Positions 22,933 through 35,411 of a stretch of 64,000 nt of DNA are shown piece by piece. This stretch comes from a virus (taxonomy: Duplodnaviria; Caudoviricetes). The position numbers and the translations under genes were made by a program. The DNA lies in IMG/VR virus record IMGVR_UViG_3300013383_000014, positions 1 through 64,000 of that record; one strand, given 5' to 3'. The notes below the pieces were generated by a model that was given only the letters and a program-made list of their open reading frames with translations, searched no databases and was not told the DNA's origin. Position 1 is the first letter of the stretch. Each line of letters begins with the position of its first letter.

Positions 22933-24510
22933 CTAAACTATTTGTGCTGCCATTTTTGGGGCAACAATTGCATCGGTATTTAAAAAGAGTAGCATAATCG
23001 AAATTGCATTTTCAAAAGCAAGTCTAACTGCTTTTGCTGGATCAACAATTCCAACTTTTATCATATCTTCAACAAAACAACCGCGTAAGGCATCAAAACC
23101 AGCGTTATTTTCAACTAGATCAATGTACTTCTCCGGATCTCTACCAGACGTAATAACAAGATTTTCAAAAGGGAATCTAAGGACATTTTGGATAATATAA
23201 CCTCCCCAACCAAATTCTCGGGTAATAATTTTCCTTGCTCGCACATATATAGTTGCTCCGCCGGGAACAATGCCCTCCTCTATAGCTGCTTGTGTAGCAC
23301 AAACTGCATCATCAACTCGGTCTTTTCTTTCTCGCATTTCGAGTTCGGTACCTCCACCAACGTGGATAACACAGATTCCACCAGTAAGTTTCGCAATTCG
23401 CTCCTGTAGGAACTTTTCAACAAAACCTCCTTGTTGTACAGGATCTGCTTTTACTCGCTCGTATTCTGCTTTTAAGTCTGTAATTCGAGATTCAATAAGA
23501 TCGGCATTCCCATTGCCTTCTGTAATTGTGGTCTTTTCTTTTGTAACAACTACTTTCTTGCAAGAGCCAAGAATGGCATTGGTTGCGTCAACCAATTCGA
23601 GTCCAGAGTCATAAGACACGTTAAAACCACCAGTTAAGATGGCAATATCTTCAAGAACTTTCTTTCGATATTCGCCATAAGATGGGGCCTTTATTGCACA
23701 ACAATCGAGAGTGCCGTTAAGTTTGTTAAGTTTCAATGCCTCAAGCACAGCATCGTCATAATCTTCTGCAATAATCAAAATAGGCCTACCTTCTTCTACA
23801 ACTGGATTCAAGATTCCAACAAGATCGCGAGTTCTAGTGATTTTATGTTCTGTTATAAGCACATAAGGATTTTCAAGAACACATTGATCTTTTGTTGTAT
23901 CTGTAACAAAATGTGGAGAAACATAACCTCGATCAAACTGCATTCCAGAAACAATATCGATCGTAGTATCTGCGTTTTTGGACTCTTCTACGGTAATAAT
24001 TCCGTCCCTACCTACTTTAAGAAACGCATCAGCAATAAGTTGCCCAAGTTCAGGATCATTATTTGCAGAAATTGTTGCAATATTCTTTATATCAGCATCT
24101 GTAATTTCGATTGCATTTGCCTTTATAAAATCAACAACAGCTTTCTTTGTTCGCTCAATTTCCTCTCTAAACTGCACTTTTGGTTGTTTGTCAAGATATT
24201 GTGCAAGTTGTACACAAAACGCATAACCGAGAATAGTTGCTGTTGTAGTACTGTCTCCCACTGTGTTAACCGTACGGATTGCAGCCTCTTTAAGTAATTG
24301 TGCACCAGCATTTTCAAAAGGATCATCGAACTCGATTTCTTTTGCTACAGAAACACCATCTTTTGTAACATGTGGCTGTTTTCCAATATCACATAAAACT
24401 ACACTAGCACCATTTGGGCCAAAAGTAGCTCCAACAGTAGTGGCGAGTTTTTTCATTCCAGAGAGCATTAACTCTCTAGCTTCTTTGTCAGTTTTTATTT
24501 CTTTAAACAT
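22933..24510 (-). CDS. groEL: chaperonin GroEL
   Basis: [43 protein letters not shown]. Confidence 0.95.
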   Translation of the reverse strand: MFKEIKTDKEARELMLSGMKKLATTVGATFGPNGASVVLCDIGKQPHVTKDGVSVAKEIEFDDPFENAGAQLLKEAAIRTVNTVGDSTTTATILGYAFCVQLAQYLDKQPKVQFREEIERTKKAVVDFIKANAIEITDADIKNIATISANNDPELGQLIADAFLKVGRDGIITVEESKNADTTIDIVSGMQFDRGYVSPHFVTDTTKDQCVLENPYVLITEHKITRTRDLVGILNPVVEEGRPILIIAEDYDDAVLEALKLNKLNGTLDCCAIKAPSYGEYRKKVLEDIAILTGGFNVSYDSGLELVDATNAILGSCKKVVVTKEKTTITEGNGNADLIESRITDLKAEYERVKADPVQQGGFVEKFLQERIAKLTGGICVIHVGGGTELEMRERKDRVDDAVCATQAAIEEGIVPGGATIYVRARKIITREFGWGGYIIQNVLRFPFENLVITSGRDPEKYIDLVENNAGFDALRGCFVEDMIKVGIVDPAKAVRLAFENAISIMLLFLNTDAIVAPKMAAQIV

Positions 24511-24512
24511 AA

Positions 24513-25634
24513 TTAAAACCCAATTTTATTCTCTTTCTTGGTAGTACAATCTGTCTTATCGAAGTTATATATCTCAGCGAGTGTCATTGGTTCATAACTA
24601 TCAAGAGTTATTCCTTGCTCGTTCAAAAGAGTCTTTGTTTTCTCAACGCAGAGTTTCTTAAACTCATAATTAACAAAACAACGACCTTTTCTTAAAAGAG
24701 CCTTATCAATCGTCTCAATATTTGCATTAAAAGTACAGATAAACTTAATATTAAACACATCTGACATAATTCCATCAGTCATATTCAATATATTCGATAT
24801 TGCTCCACTAAAATTTGTCTCTTCGTCACGATCTTTTATAACCTGCTCACAATCTTCAAGAATGAAAATACTATCTCTATTTTCAAGCATGAAAGACATA
24901 AACTCCGGAGATGCAAGGGATTCTGCTACGGTATTAGTAACTAAGATATATCTTTTTGGGTAACTCGTTATCAATGAGCGTATTAGGTTTGTTTTTCCTG
25001 AACCTGGGATCCCATTGAGCACAGCAAGCCCACATTCACGACTTTCAATAAACTTAATGAGATCGTCGTAAACAGGGATAAAATCGTCATTGTAATTCTT
25101 TTTAATATCAACGATAGTTTTATTAATCTTCGCTGGTACGGAGTAAAAAGATTGATCATAAACAACAAGACGAACCTCAGATGTTTTTGGTCCCTCGTCT
25201 TTCTTTGCTAGTACCTCGTCGAGATCGCTAATTAATTTTTCGTAATCAAAATCAAGACTAGTAAAATAAACAGTAATTGAATTTACATCTATATATATAG
25301 CAAAATTCTCACTAATTACTTTGATACAACTTCCAACCCATTGTCCTCCAACGTAAACTTCGCCGTCGTCATCATCTTCATCGGCAGATGATGTCTTTCG
25401 ATCATCAATAGTAGCAGAAAAGAGTACTTCTGCATCTGGATATTTTTCTTGGAGAGTAATTGCGTCCTCCTTTTTTAACTCGAACTTTCCGTGTTCATCA
25501 CTAAAAACATGCACTGCCTTGTGAGTAAACTTTCCAGATGCATTATTAAACGCCTTTTCAGTTATAAACGTACCCTGTCCACTAAAACAATCATTAATGT
25601 CCTCGATGTTCTTTAATTTGGTCTTGTTGTTCAT
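24513..25634 (-). CDS. AAA+ ATPase
   Basis: GIPGSGKT, FILEDCE, ILN.TDG, ID.ALLRKGR. Confidence 0.85.
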   Translation of the reverse strand: MNNKTKLKNIEDINDCFSGQGTFITEKAFNNASGKFTHKAVHVFSDEHGKFELKKEDAITLQEKYPDAEVLFSATIDDRKTSSADEDDDDGEVYVGGQWVGSCIKVISENFAIYIDVNSITVYFTSLDFDYEKLISDLDEVLAKKDEGPKTSEVRLVVYDQSFYSVPAKINKTIVDIKKNYNDDFIPVYDDLIKFIESRECGLAVLNGIPGSGKTNLIRSLITSYPKRYILVTNTVAESLASPEFMSFMLENRDSIFILEDCEQVIKDRDEETNFSGAISNILNMTDGIMSDVFNIKFICTFNANIETIDKALLRKGRCFVNYEFKKLCVEKTKTLLNEQGITLDSYEPMTLAEIYNFDKTDCTTKKENKIGF

Positions 25635-25959
25635 TTAACATTTGATTTCTACAAGCAATATCTAACTCAGAAAAAGGCATTGTGTGTCCATTTTCAGAAA
25701 AATAGAGCAGATTATTCTTAATTTCAAAAAGATAGTTATCGCCTTGTAAGTTTCACATTCATTTATTCTCTTTTATACAGTTATATCGAAAGATTCCCTC
25801 TTCCTTTGTAATAAAAGATTTTTTATTCATTTTATCATTATTCACATCTTTATTTGCTAGTTCTGGTGCATATTTTTTAAAAACTCCAGAAATAGTTTTT
25901 TTAGATGGATTTCCTAACGCCTTTTGCATATTTGCGTAAGTTCAATTGGCTTCTCGCAT
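25594..25959 (-). CDS. hypothetical protein (code 4; start uncertain)
   Basis: Open only in code 4; fills an intergenic gap. Confidence 0.45.
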
Positions 25960-26042
25960 TGCTAAAATACACAATTCAAAATCGTTAGCTTCAGGGATAT
26001 TGTTGGGAAAGATCTTTTAACCCCAACTCAGTTAATTTATTT

Positions 26043-28163
26043 TTATAATTCATTTGCATAACAAACACATAAACAATAACGCCCGTTACATATACAATAT
26101 GGGAAATTGCCGACATATTTAATTGGGCCACATATTAAACCCTTTTGAGAAAATCGCTTGTCAATCTGTGAGAAAATAACTTTTACTATAGTAACAACCT
26201 GTCCTTCTTTTGGAAAAATTATTTCAGCGTCAATTAATTTATCTCTTTGTAACATGCTACTCTACAATAATCTAAACTGTTTTTAAAAATCCAAGCAATA
26301 CCTCCCCAATCGATTTTATAAACCTTAATTGCATTTTTTCGATCATATAATATGCAATTTTTATATCTTTTAAAACTCCGAACTTTATAATTCTTTTTAT
26401 TGTCCGGAGATTTTATTTCCGGGTCAATCCAACTAGACATTGCGATATTTACAAAAATTACAATAATGTGAGACACAATTATCATCTAGCCAAAATCCAG
26501 TATTTATCCCGAGATGTCCAGCACCACAAGCAGTAACAATTTGACTTCTATTTATATGTCCAGGATATTCAGATATTCCAAAAAATTGTATTGGTACAAC
26601 TTTTATTATATCACCTTCTTTCGGAGGTAGTATCTCGGCGTCTATATAAATTTCTCGTAACTTCATTTGTATAACCAACCGTAAGCAATTTGATCCAAGG
26701 AATGTATTATATCTTCATCATTAAAAGAGTGAACTGTAATTCTTTTTTCAGGAAATTGTACGAAATGTGCAACAGATATTCTTACATTAAATGGGGGGCG
26801 TTTTATTTCAACATCTATAAAATTAGACATCATTTTCTGCATCCCAGATCTCCTTATCAATAAAAATATTACACTCTTTATCATTATCAACGAAAGTACA
26901 CTCAGTTATAAGTTTTTCGTTAACTCCATAACCCATTCCATCATCTTCCAGTGTTCTTGGATAAACATCCAATCTAGGATCATTAAAATCTACAACCCCA
27001 TCCTTTATAAAAGGCAAGTACTTTAATATTTCTCGCCAAGTAAGAGCATAAACTGGCCAACCTTGAAAATCTTTACTAATTTTTTTCATATTTTCTCCAT
27101 TTATATATTCTTTGTTTTGTAGTTGTTGGTCTACTAAAAAAGCCGTTATACACTTTTCCTCGACAAATTTCTCCGTCATATATTGGAATTATTTTTTTAA
27201 TATTAGTCCAATCCCATTGAACAATTTTTAATCCTACATATATTTCAATATCTTCTGGAACTTGAACAATTTCAGAGTCTATATATTCATCCATTTATAT
27301 ATCCAATCTTTGTGTACTAACTTATTGATTCGACCTCGAACTATTTTCCCAATTAAAAGAGTATCGTGTTCTTTGTAATGATCGGGTAAAAGGTAGTTAT
27401 CTCCTATTCTATATTTAGCCATTTCTATTTTAACACCTTCTAGAACTGGAACAATCTCTGCATCTATATACTTTTCCATACAAAAATCTTATCATACGGG
27501 AAATATGTGTCAATTCCCAATATATTTGCTTGTACATTTATTCCATCAAAAATTCCAGAAAAATCTAAAACGCCATATTCAGGAACAAACAAAATTGGCT
27601 CATTTACTCTAGGTGCTTTTATTTCGGGATCATAAAAAATATCGTGATTCATATTATATATATTTATAACAAACTATTTCTCTAGCGCCACAGACACATT
27701 TGTACTTAAAATTAAAAACAGTTCCTGTCAAAATTCCTTCACCAAAATCAAGGTACTCACCATAGCCTCGGCATACAACATACCGATACATAATACGACC
27801 ATTTGTTGGTAATTTTATTTCTGCGTCTATCATCCTAAAATAAAAACATTGCCATAGGGAGTTGCCCCTATAAAATCATTTAATTTATTTTGTCAGATAT
27901 AACTGACGGCATAAACTTTCTTTTTGTCTCCGTCCAAACACAAACAAGATCTACTCATCTGTAAAAAGAATGGGCTTTTTATTTCTATGTCAACCATACT
28001 AATAATATTCTCAAAATAAAATTTCAGACCAAGCAAGGTCCATATTTTTAAAAATTCCCACTTTAGCACGCGTTTCAGAGCCGTACTTATAACAAACGAT
28101 AATTTTAGTCGATTGCGGTGGATATTTTACTTCAATATCATATCTTTTTAATTCTTTTTTCAT
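26043..28163 (-). other. tandem array of about ten small diverged paralogous ORFs with N-terminal D-x-E-[IV]-x-x-P motif, plus one unrelated ORF (26823-~27089)
   Basis: 26043-26255, 26234-26440, 26433-~26666, 26663-~26830, 27076-27294, 27279-27479, 27464-27652, 27654-27833, 27827-27997, 27999-28163. Confidence 0.7.
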
Positions 28164-28177
28164 AGCTAAAAACATAA

Positions 28178-28207
28178 AAACCCACTGGACTTCACAGCCG
28201 AGTGGGA
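28178..28207 (-). terminator. intrinsic terminator after the suppressor tRNA
   Basis: CCCACT...AGTGGG followed by TTTTT. Confidence 0.65.
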
Positions 28208-28250
28208 ATAGAATTTTTCAATGTAAAATATTTATAATCAATTAGTTAGG

Positions 28251-28322
28251 CACCCTCGGCCCGAATCCAACAGGCACTTAAGGATTTGAAGTCCCCAGTT
28301 CTAAGCATTAAACTACGAGGGT
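28251..28322 (-). tRNA. opal suppressor tRNA, anticodon UCA (probably Trp-charged)
   Basis: ACCCTCG/CGAGGGT acceptor; GGGGA-CTTCAAA-TCCTT anticodon arm; short variable loop; A1-U72 and G73 as in tRNA-Trp. Confidence 0.9.
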
Positions 28323-28349
28323 AAAAACCACTATAAAGTCAGTGGTTAA

Positions 28350-29090
28350 CTATAGATTTTTGATTATAAATTTTTCGTTATCTATAAGCAAATATTGTTC
28401 CAAATTAGTATCACAACACCAAATATCAACTGGTTTTACAACTATATCTGGGCCATATGTGTGATCCGTACCTTCCACATCCCCAAAATCATTAATTATG
28501 TGTATGATCTTTTTAAAAGTGGTATGTCCAATAACTTGTGTATATCCATCAAGAGCATCCTTCATAAGAGTCTGGGGACGTATCCATGTGCAGGGCTGAG
28601 TTCTGCTAGTTCCGTAGTAATCCATGTAATTATCTGGAGTAAATCCAAATAATTCACTAGGCGGGAGTTTGTTAATATCCTCTACTTTTTCACAGCCTGT
28701 TCTGGCAAACCAAGTCTTGGAAATTCCAGCATGTGAAAATATGATATTATCAACAACATTAACCCATTCTGTTGCATCAAGCCATTCTTGCTTGTGTTCC
28801 TGAAACCATTGTTCACACTTACTTCCGGCTCTAGGAGAACAATCTGCCCAACTATATCCGAGTTGCTGGTCATGATTGCCCCTCTGTATGTGCATTTTAT
28901 CACCAAAATCTTCTTTTAAAGATAAAATGCCTTCCATTACCATTATCTGGTCGTCTTGTGTAATCTTCGGGTTGTGTGTCGAAAAGAAATCTCCAGTCAA
29001 ATTAATCATATCGACATTATCTACTTCTTTTCGTATTATCTCAAAAACATCAGTACGACCATGAACATCACCTATATTCAGTATTTTCAT
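28350..29090 (-). CDS. calcineurin-like metallophosphoesterase
   Basis: GDVHG, GDFF, GNHD, HAG, GHT. Confidence 0.9.
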   Translation of the reverse strand: MKILNIGDVHGRTDVFEIIRKEVDNVDMINLTGDFFSTHNPKITQDDQIMVMEGILSLKEDFGDKMHIQRGNHDQQLGYSWADCSPRAGSKCEQWFQEHKQEWLDATEWVNVVDNIIFSHAGISKTWFARTGCEKVEDINKLPPSELFGFTPDNYMDYYGTSRTQPCTWIRPQTLMKDALDGYTQVIGHTTFKKIIHIINDFGDVEGTDHTYGPDIVVKPVDIWCCDTNLEQYLLIDNEKFIIKNL

Positions 29091-30540
29091 TATTTTAAAA
29101 TAAGAGTTTTTCCAGACTGCTCTAAACTATTTCTATTATAAGGACGTGTAATTGTAAAAGTGGTGTCTATAAGTTTTCCAGAACTATCTGTATAAACTAT
29201 AAACACCACATTTTCTTTTCTTTCTACAACCCAACCATCATAAAGACTTTCTCCAATTTTAACTTGGACATCATCATATTGTTTGATATCGTTAAGTTGA
29301 GTAAGACTAGTAATTGGTTCAGAAACAACTGGTTTTTTAAATAAATCTAGAAATTTTCTAAACCAATTCTTCATCGTCTGTTTCTATATCTCAATTCATA
29401 TCGTTAAAATCAACATAATTCTTTCTATGGTCGATTTTAACTCGTTTCTTTTTGCTTTCTCCAGACTTGTGTCTAAAACGCTCAAAAGTAGCTTCATCTT
29501 CATAACGATCTAGGCTACCTAAAAGATTTTTTCCCATTCTTGTTTTTAATTAATTTTAATATCTTTTGATATACAAATATAATAAAAACTTTTATTCTTC
29601 GCAATCTTTTTCATAGATTTCTGAAAGTTCTTCTACTCGCTCTTTCATCGATCTATAAATTGTTTCAGGTAAGAAAGTCATTCCGACCATAACTGTCTCT
29701 AGCATATGTATCATGTCATCACCATTAACATCTTCATATGGCCTTTCTATAACTATCTTTCTATCAGATTGTTCTAGTGTAAGTCTAGTAAATCGGTCCT
29801 TTTCCATTAACTTAAAGGTTTTTCAAAAATCATTTTTGTTTCTGGGAACGTACCACCAATCCATAACTTTCTTAAATCATGCATTTTATGCAATTCTTTC
29901 TCTGTAAGTTCATATATTGAACGAAATTCATTATTTTTAAAATCAAATAAAAAGAACTCATCACAAAGATCAAAAGAAAGTAACTGCGGATTATTCGTTA
30001 AAATGTTTATATCGGCACTAGCACTATAAAAGCGCACTTGTTCTAAATTATATGTAGTTCCCATTCCGGCATCTATGGCAGTAAACTTAACGCTTTTTTC
30101 AGCGTTAAGTTTGCCTGCTGCCATATATACTGGGCCATCATAAAAATAAATTGATTTTATCATTATTCGGCTACAACATTTCCAGACTCATCGTAAATCT
30201 TTCCATCAATCAAGAAAGTCTTCTTACCAGCCTTACTAGTAAATTCCTTCTCGACTTTCATTCCAGATTCACGAAGATCTGTTGCAATTCGTGTTGTGTG
30301 CTGCATATTATACATTGCCTGCATTACCTGCTCACGTGTTTCAAGTGGTCCAAAATGTGAAAGCGCTTCTTGCATGTTTTTCTCATCTTCATCACTATAC
30401 GCAACACCCACAGGAACATCTGCAATCTTAACAAGACGCATTCCTGCATTAAGAGTGTCTACTACTCCATACTGCTCAATTGGCTCTGCTTTTTCAGCAT
30501 CAATCTTCTTTTTTGTTTCTACGAAACTCATAATTAACAA
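29090..30540 (-). other. five hypothetical ORFs (29090-29374, ~29358-29537, 29592-29807, 29807-30163, 30163-~30531)
   Basis: ORF track and hand translation; promoter TATATTTG at 29574-29581. Confidence 0.55.
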
Positions 30541-31865
30541 ACCTTGTTTAAATTGTTTATAATAATATTAAATTTTTCTGCCCACTTTTTTATAAATTCA
30601 CTAACGCCTGGGATTTCGTCAATTTTACAATTATATTTTCCGTGGGCTTGTTCAATTTCATAACTATCACCTGTTGGGATTATATCAACCGTTACTAAGG
30701 ACTTATCTAATTCTCCGTTTTTACGTAAAAATAAAATTATATTACGGCCTTCAACAATTCGTTTCAGATAACTTCCAACACAATGATGTAGAGTACTCCC
30801 TTCTGTTACTATGTCTTCTGCTGTTTCTGGATAAAATATACTAAAAATTTCATCTGAAAATTCATATTTTGGAAATGTTTCCTTAATTTTTAGATATTTT
30901 TCTAGTAAAATTCTGTCCTTGTTTATTTCATATATATTTAATATATTCCAATGTAACTCTGATACTTGTCTTTCACTTTTAATATCGAGAAAATGGGCCG
31001 GCTCAGCATTCGGGTACATTTCCTTAAACATTGTGTAATAATCAACATATTCTGTGCAAGCAAAATATGTTGCCCATTTAGATAATTTATTTATTACATG
31101 TTCTGTCATAACAAAATTTGGAAACAATCGGTCAATTAGAGTGATATAACTATATAAGTCAGGCAATTTATAATCTGGGTGGTCTATTAAAATCTTTGCA
31201 GTACATTTCATATGCAAAATAGTTCTGATTCTAGACTTATTTTTTTCATAAAAAGGACGCGGCATTTTTAAAAACCCAGCTGGAGATTTTTCATTTGAGC
31301 AGATTGGGCAAGTAAAATTAAAAACTCCGTTATTTTCAAGATACTCACCAAGATCCTCTTCTACTGGAGTTATATTATGCCAATCTTTAATATAAAATGG
31401 GGATAAGCCTTTTTTAAACATATTTAAAACTGCTGGATCAGTAAAATCCTCTTTATGAAGATATTGCCAAACTAATGGTATTCTATATTTTCTGTTAATT
31501 ATTGATAATCCTTTATTTTCGTCAATTGTACATCCATAACTCTCTTTTGTTCCATTGATAACATATTCTTTAATTGCAGCAATTTCGTTTTCCCAGAGTG
31601 TTGTTTCGATTGGGCTCAATTGTGAAAAATAAGTATACTTTTGATATATAGTTCGTATAAAACGTTCCATATCACAAGGTCCAAAATATTTAAAATTATT
31701 CGAATCCTCAGTACAGATAGCATATTTACCAACACGATAATAAACTGTGGCTATTCCATTGTGAAACATATTATCATCATCCCAAACTCTATATTCCATT
31801 ATATAATAACCATTTACTTTGGGAGTAATTGTGTGTCTTTTTAGATCGTCAACAACATATCTCAT
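30534..31865 (-). CDS. PcfJ-like domain protein
   Basis: C-terminal P....DI..EG..LHHCVGSY...I..G..I.FLR, Q.HG..N. Confidence 0.8.
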   Translation of the reverse strand: MRYVVDDLKRHTITPKVNGYYIMEYRVWDDDNMFHNGIATVYYRVGKYAICTEDSNNFKYFGPCDMERFIRTIYQKYTYFSQLSPIETTLWENEIAAIKEYVINGTKESYGCTIDENKGLSIINRKYRIPLVWQYLHKEDFTDPAVLNMFKKGLSPFYIKDWHNITPVEEDLGEYLENNGVFNFTCPICSNEKSPAGFLKMPRPFYEKNKSRIRTILHMKCTAKILIDHPDYKLPDLYSYITLIDRLFPNFVMTEHVINKLSKWATYFACTEYVDYYTMFKEMYPNAEPAHFLDIKSERQVSELHWNILNIYEINKDRILLEKYLKIKETFPKYEFSDEIFSIFYPETAEDIVTEGSTLHHCVGSYLKRIVEGRNIILFLRKNGELDKSLVTVDIIPTGDSYEIEQAHGKYNCKIDEIPGVSEFIKKWAEKFNIIINNLNKVC

Positions 31866-31887
31866 AATTAAAAAATTTTAAAATTTG

Positions 31888-31952
31888 TCATCCCGTGGGG
31901 AATCGAACCCCAATTTCTTCGTAGAGCGAACTAGCCATTATTCGACAGGATG
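31888..31952 (-). ncRNA. tRNA-like RNA with truncated anticodon arm (65 nt)
   Basis: Acceptor CATCCTG/CGGGATG, D arm, perfect T arm TGGGG-TTCGATT-CCCCA; only CTCTACGAAG in place of the 17-nt anticodon arm. Confidence 0.75.
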
Positions 31953-32027
31953 AGATTTCCCTAGTTGGAATTTTAAGTTTGATAATAAAATTGTTAATAA
32001 TTGTTAAAAACTAGGGAAAATAAAAAA

Positions 32028-34706
32028 TTATTCTTCGTATATAACTTTGTCCTTTATTTTAGGATAGTAATACTCTTTTAAGCGTTGAACCTCTGCCTTT
32101 GCGTTGGATAGATATGGGTATTCCATATCAAAATAACCACCATAGTTTTTAACAGAGCTCCAACCTAGCCAAGTTTTTCTTTTAACAACATAACAGATTC
32201 TTCCATTTTTGTTGCGTTCAATTATTCTAAACTTGTACATATTTCTTCGATTTTATAATCTTTTATGCTTTCTTTTGGAACTCCAAAAAACTTTGCTAGT
32301 TTTTCTTTATTCCATTTAAAAGTGCGTCTAAAACTCTTAAGAACGCAATGTTCTAATTCACAAGTAATTAAGTATTTCATTATATACTAAAAATAAAAAC
32401 AAACAAAATTAATGCAATAACAAAAAATATAACAGAGCCTATAATAGAAAGGTTCTCGATATTCTTTTTAACAGAACTAAACTCAGCATATTTGTGTTTT
32501 TTGCAATATTTTTCAGCGAGCAAGTTTTCATCAATATCTCGTACTTCTATACCAAGAAATACCAAGATAATAATCAAGATAATACAAACTATTTTCATCG
32601 TCGATCAATTACAAATATACCGAATTTTTCGTAGTACCCAGCAAGTTCCTCAAGATTTCCCGTATTTGTGATTTTAAGGTACTTCTCAAGGGTTTTCTCC
32701 GAGTCGATGATAACTACATTGGCAAAATGACAAGACCCGTCAGAAGGGAATTTAATGGTGTTTTTGCGAATGTACCAAAAACATATAGCAAGTCCAACGA
32801 GACTAATTATCAGAATCCAAAAAATCATCATTTTGTTGTTTTTCGTAATCTTCAATCATTTGCTCTCGTTCTACGAGTTCATCACCATCGCGGCCATTTA
32901 CATTTCCAGAAACGCCATACCAAGAGTTATACAACCCAAAATCGAGTAAAAACCTAGATTTTCTCGGAGCATGTTCATCACAATACGGACACTTCCAATA
33001 CTCAACAGGGGTTTCACAAGTAGCTGGTTCTCCACAAATTATGCAAGTTCTACCCGAAATATACTCATATTTTCTAATAATCTTATATACTTCGGGAGTG
33101 GCTGCTGCTGGGTAAATCTGGAGTTCTCCATACTTTTCTTTTATATCATGGATCTTAAAAGAACGAACTGCTTTCCAACCACCTGTCTTATAAAGGGAGT
33201 GTCTTATCTCTTCCCAGAGTTGTACTCCAAACGCTTTTCTCCAACCGTATGGTATCCAAGTATGTATGGAATGTGTTGGTACACAATGAAATATGCCAAG
33301 AAAATTTTCAAGAAACCCGAGAAAATTATAATATATTTCATATTTCTTAGATTTCCAACGATTTTCTACAACTTCGAAATGGGAACCTCCAGTAGCAGAG
33401 TGATCTTCTGTGCGAAATATATGATGCTTATTATATAGGTCGCTCATTTTAGTCTGGATTTTCCAGTTTGTATAGTGTTTTCCAGACCAAACATTTCTCG
33501 GATAGAGAAAAGGAAATCTTATGCACATATAGATAGCATTAGGCATATTTCGTACATTGAACCACCAATACTTTACTTTACGCAATATCTTTTTCATTTA
33601 TTAAAACTTTTCTTAATAGATCTTTTGCATAATTAAATTGCTCCAGACAAGGAGCACCCTTATTAACGCGAGTCTGGAGCAATTTCATAATTTCAGAGTG
33701 CAATTTTTTATTCATAGAGCTCATCTTCGTTATAGTTAAAATTATCGTGCTTCGATAAAACCAAAAACATTACATAAAATAGCCAGCACATAATTTTACT
33801 TCCGAGTTTGCTTAACTTTTTTAGTTTGCACTTTTACGACAAGATGTACAAGTCGTTTAATAAATTTTGATATTTTAAGATCGCAACGTGCTTCTGCAAG
33901 TAGTTTGCAGACATTCACATTGTCAGATTGTTGTAAAGTAACAGCACCACTGAAAGAAACTTTTGCCTCGTCAATTTTCATGCCAGATTGTACAATTGTC
34001 TCTTCTATTTCATGCTTAGTAAGAGCTGGATATTTCTCTAGTAGTTTAGAGAAATCAATTGTTTTATTGCAAACAATTGCAGCGTCTCCTATTGTGGTTT
34101 GGGAAGATATAACTTTAATCATAATTTAATTAATTTCATCTAGATATTCAGCAACATCATCTTTAAAAGTCTTTTCGTCAATAGCTGGATAGAAATATCG
34201 ATCATCGACATTTTCTTCAGCGTCGGTAAAAACACAATAGAGAGAGTATTCGTTAGACTCCGGATATTCTTCTTCAACTGCTATAGAGTATAATTTTACT
34301 TTCCCAACCAAACCTTTTTCTTTAATTACTTGATTTATTATATTGCAAAAGTATTTCTTAAACTTGTGTAGTGAAATAGTATATTCACTTAAAACTTGAT
34401 CAAATTTCATAATTACCCCCTTGCTTTATTATATGCATCAATAAGTCCGGATATCAATTCTGACTCAGTTTCACCTCTATAAGTAACAATTGTAACTTTA
34501 TCAGTTGCTTCATTATATAATTCTATACGAATTACGAGTGTACTATATGTGAAATCATAGTCGAAAGTAGGCTCTTCGAACGAAATCATATCATCCTCTT
34601 CTACTTGTTCGAGAACTTTATCATAAATTTTATAAATTTCTTTAGCAAACTCGTTGTATGCTTCCGTAAAACTAGTTCGCAACTTCGTGAAAGTCTCTAA
34701 TTCCAT
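32028..34706 (-). other. run of hypothetical ORFs (32028-32240, 32380-32598 membrane, 32595-~32831 membrane, 32803-33597 with CxxC..CxxH, 33796-34122, 34126-34410, 34413-34706)
   Basis: ORF track, tight codirectional packing. Confidence 0.6.
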
Positions 34707-34874
34707 AACTACTTGATTTTTAAAAATTTACACAATTGAGCACGAGTCATAAAAAGGGTATTATGTTCCTGTTTAAGGATTTCTACGCTTTTTCTGGGAT
34801 CTCTCCTACCACGATTTTCAATTACTTTAGTTCCATAGTCTACTCCAATTTCGTAGACTTTTCCGTTAGCATAA

Positions 34875-35411
34875 TTAGCCATTGTATCTATTCCAATTTT
34901 TAAGAAATTTCAGATTTTTGTGTTGTATTGCCAAACCAAGAGCCATATCTACTCTTCTTTTGGTGTATTCGTTCATTGCATTACATGTTGGTGCTTTTAT
35001 ATTTTGCCACCAATCATATTCTGCTTGAAACGAGAAGTTCTTGCCCATATATGTCCGACCAGCGGCCATATAATCACAGATCATTTCTAGAAAATCATCT
35101 TTGGGCATCCGTATTCGAGAAAAAGTCTCATTATCGTAGTTATCGGTCCAATATTCATAATGATGTGTATTTCTACCTCTATGATGTAACCACGCTCTGG
35201 AAACACCTCCATTTGCTTGCTTGCATTTATTTATAGGAGAGCCTTTTCCACCATCATAATATTTAACACTTTCCCAAAACTCAGTTGGAGAAAATTTAGA
35301 TAGATCGTGTACTAAACCTCTCCAGATAAGTCCTACTTGATAACAATAGTAGAAAACCCACCATTTATGCATTAAAACGGTCTTTAAGTGACCGAATATA
35401 TTTCGTATCAT
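34875..35411 (-). CDS. DUF5662-like HD-fold protein
   Basis: HDLSKFSP.E, AWLHH.GRN.HH.EYW, EM.CD..AA. Confidence 0.75.
   Translation of the reverse strand: MIRNIFGHLKTVLMHKWWVFYYCYQVGLIWRGLVHDLSKFSPTEFWESVKYYDGGKGSPINKCKQANGGVSRAWLHHRGRNTHHYEYWTDNYDNETFSRIRMPKDDFLEMICDYMAAGRTYMGKNFSFQAEYDWWQNIKAPTCNAMNEYTKRRVDMALGLAIQHKNLKFLKNWNRYNG

Noticed and set aside
28140-28250. HDV-like theta ribozyme after the suppressor tRNA
   Set aside because: The trailer is AT-rich and ends in a simple terminator; no nested double pseudoknot is visible
28251-28322. Selenocysteine tRNA
   Set aside because: 72 nt with short variable loop and 7-bp acceptor; TGA aligns with Trp, not Cys
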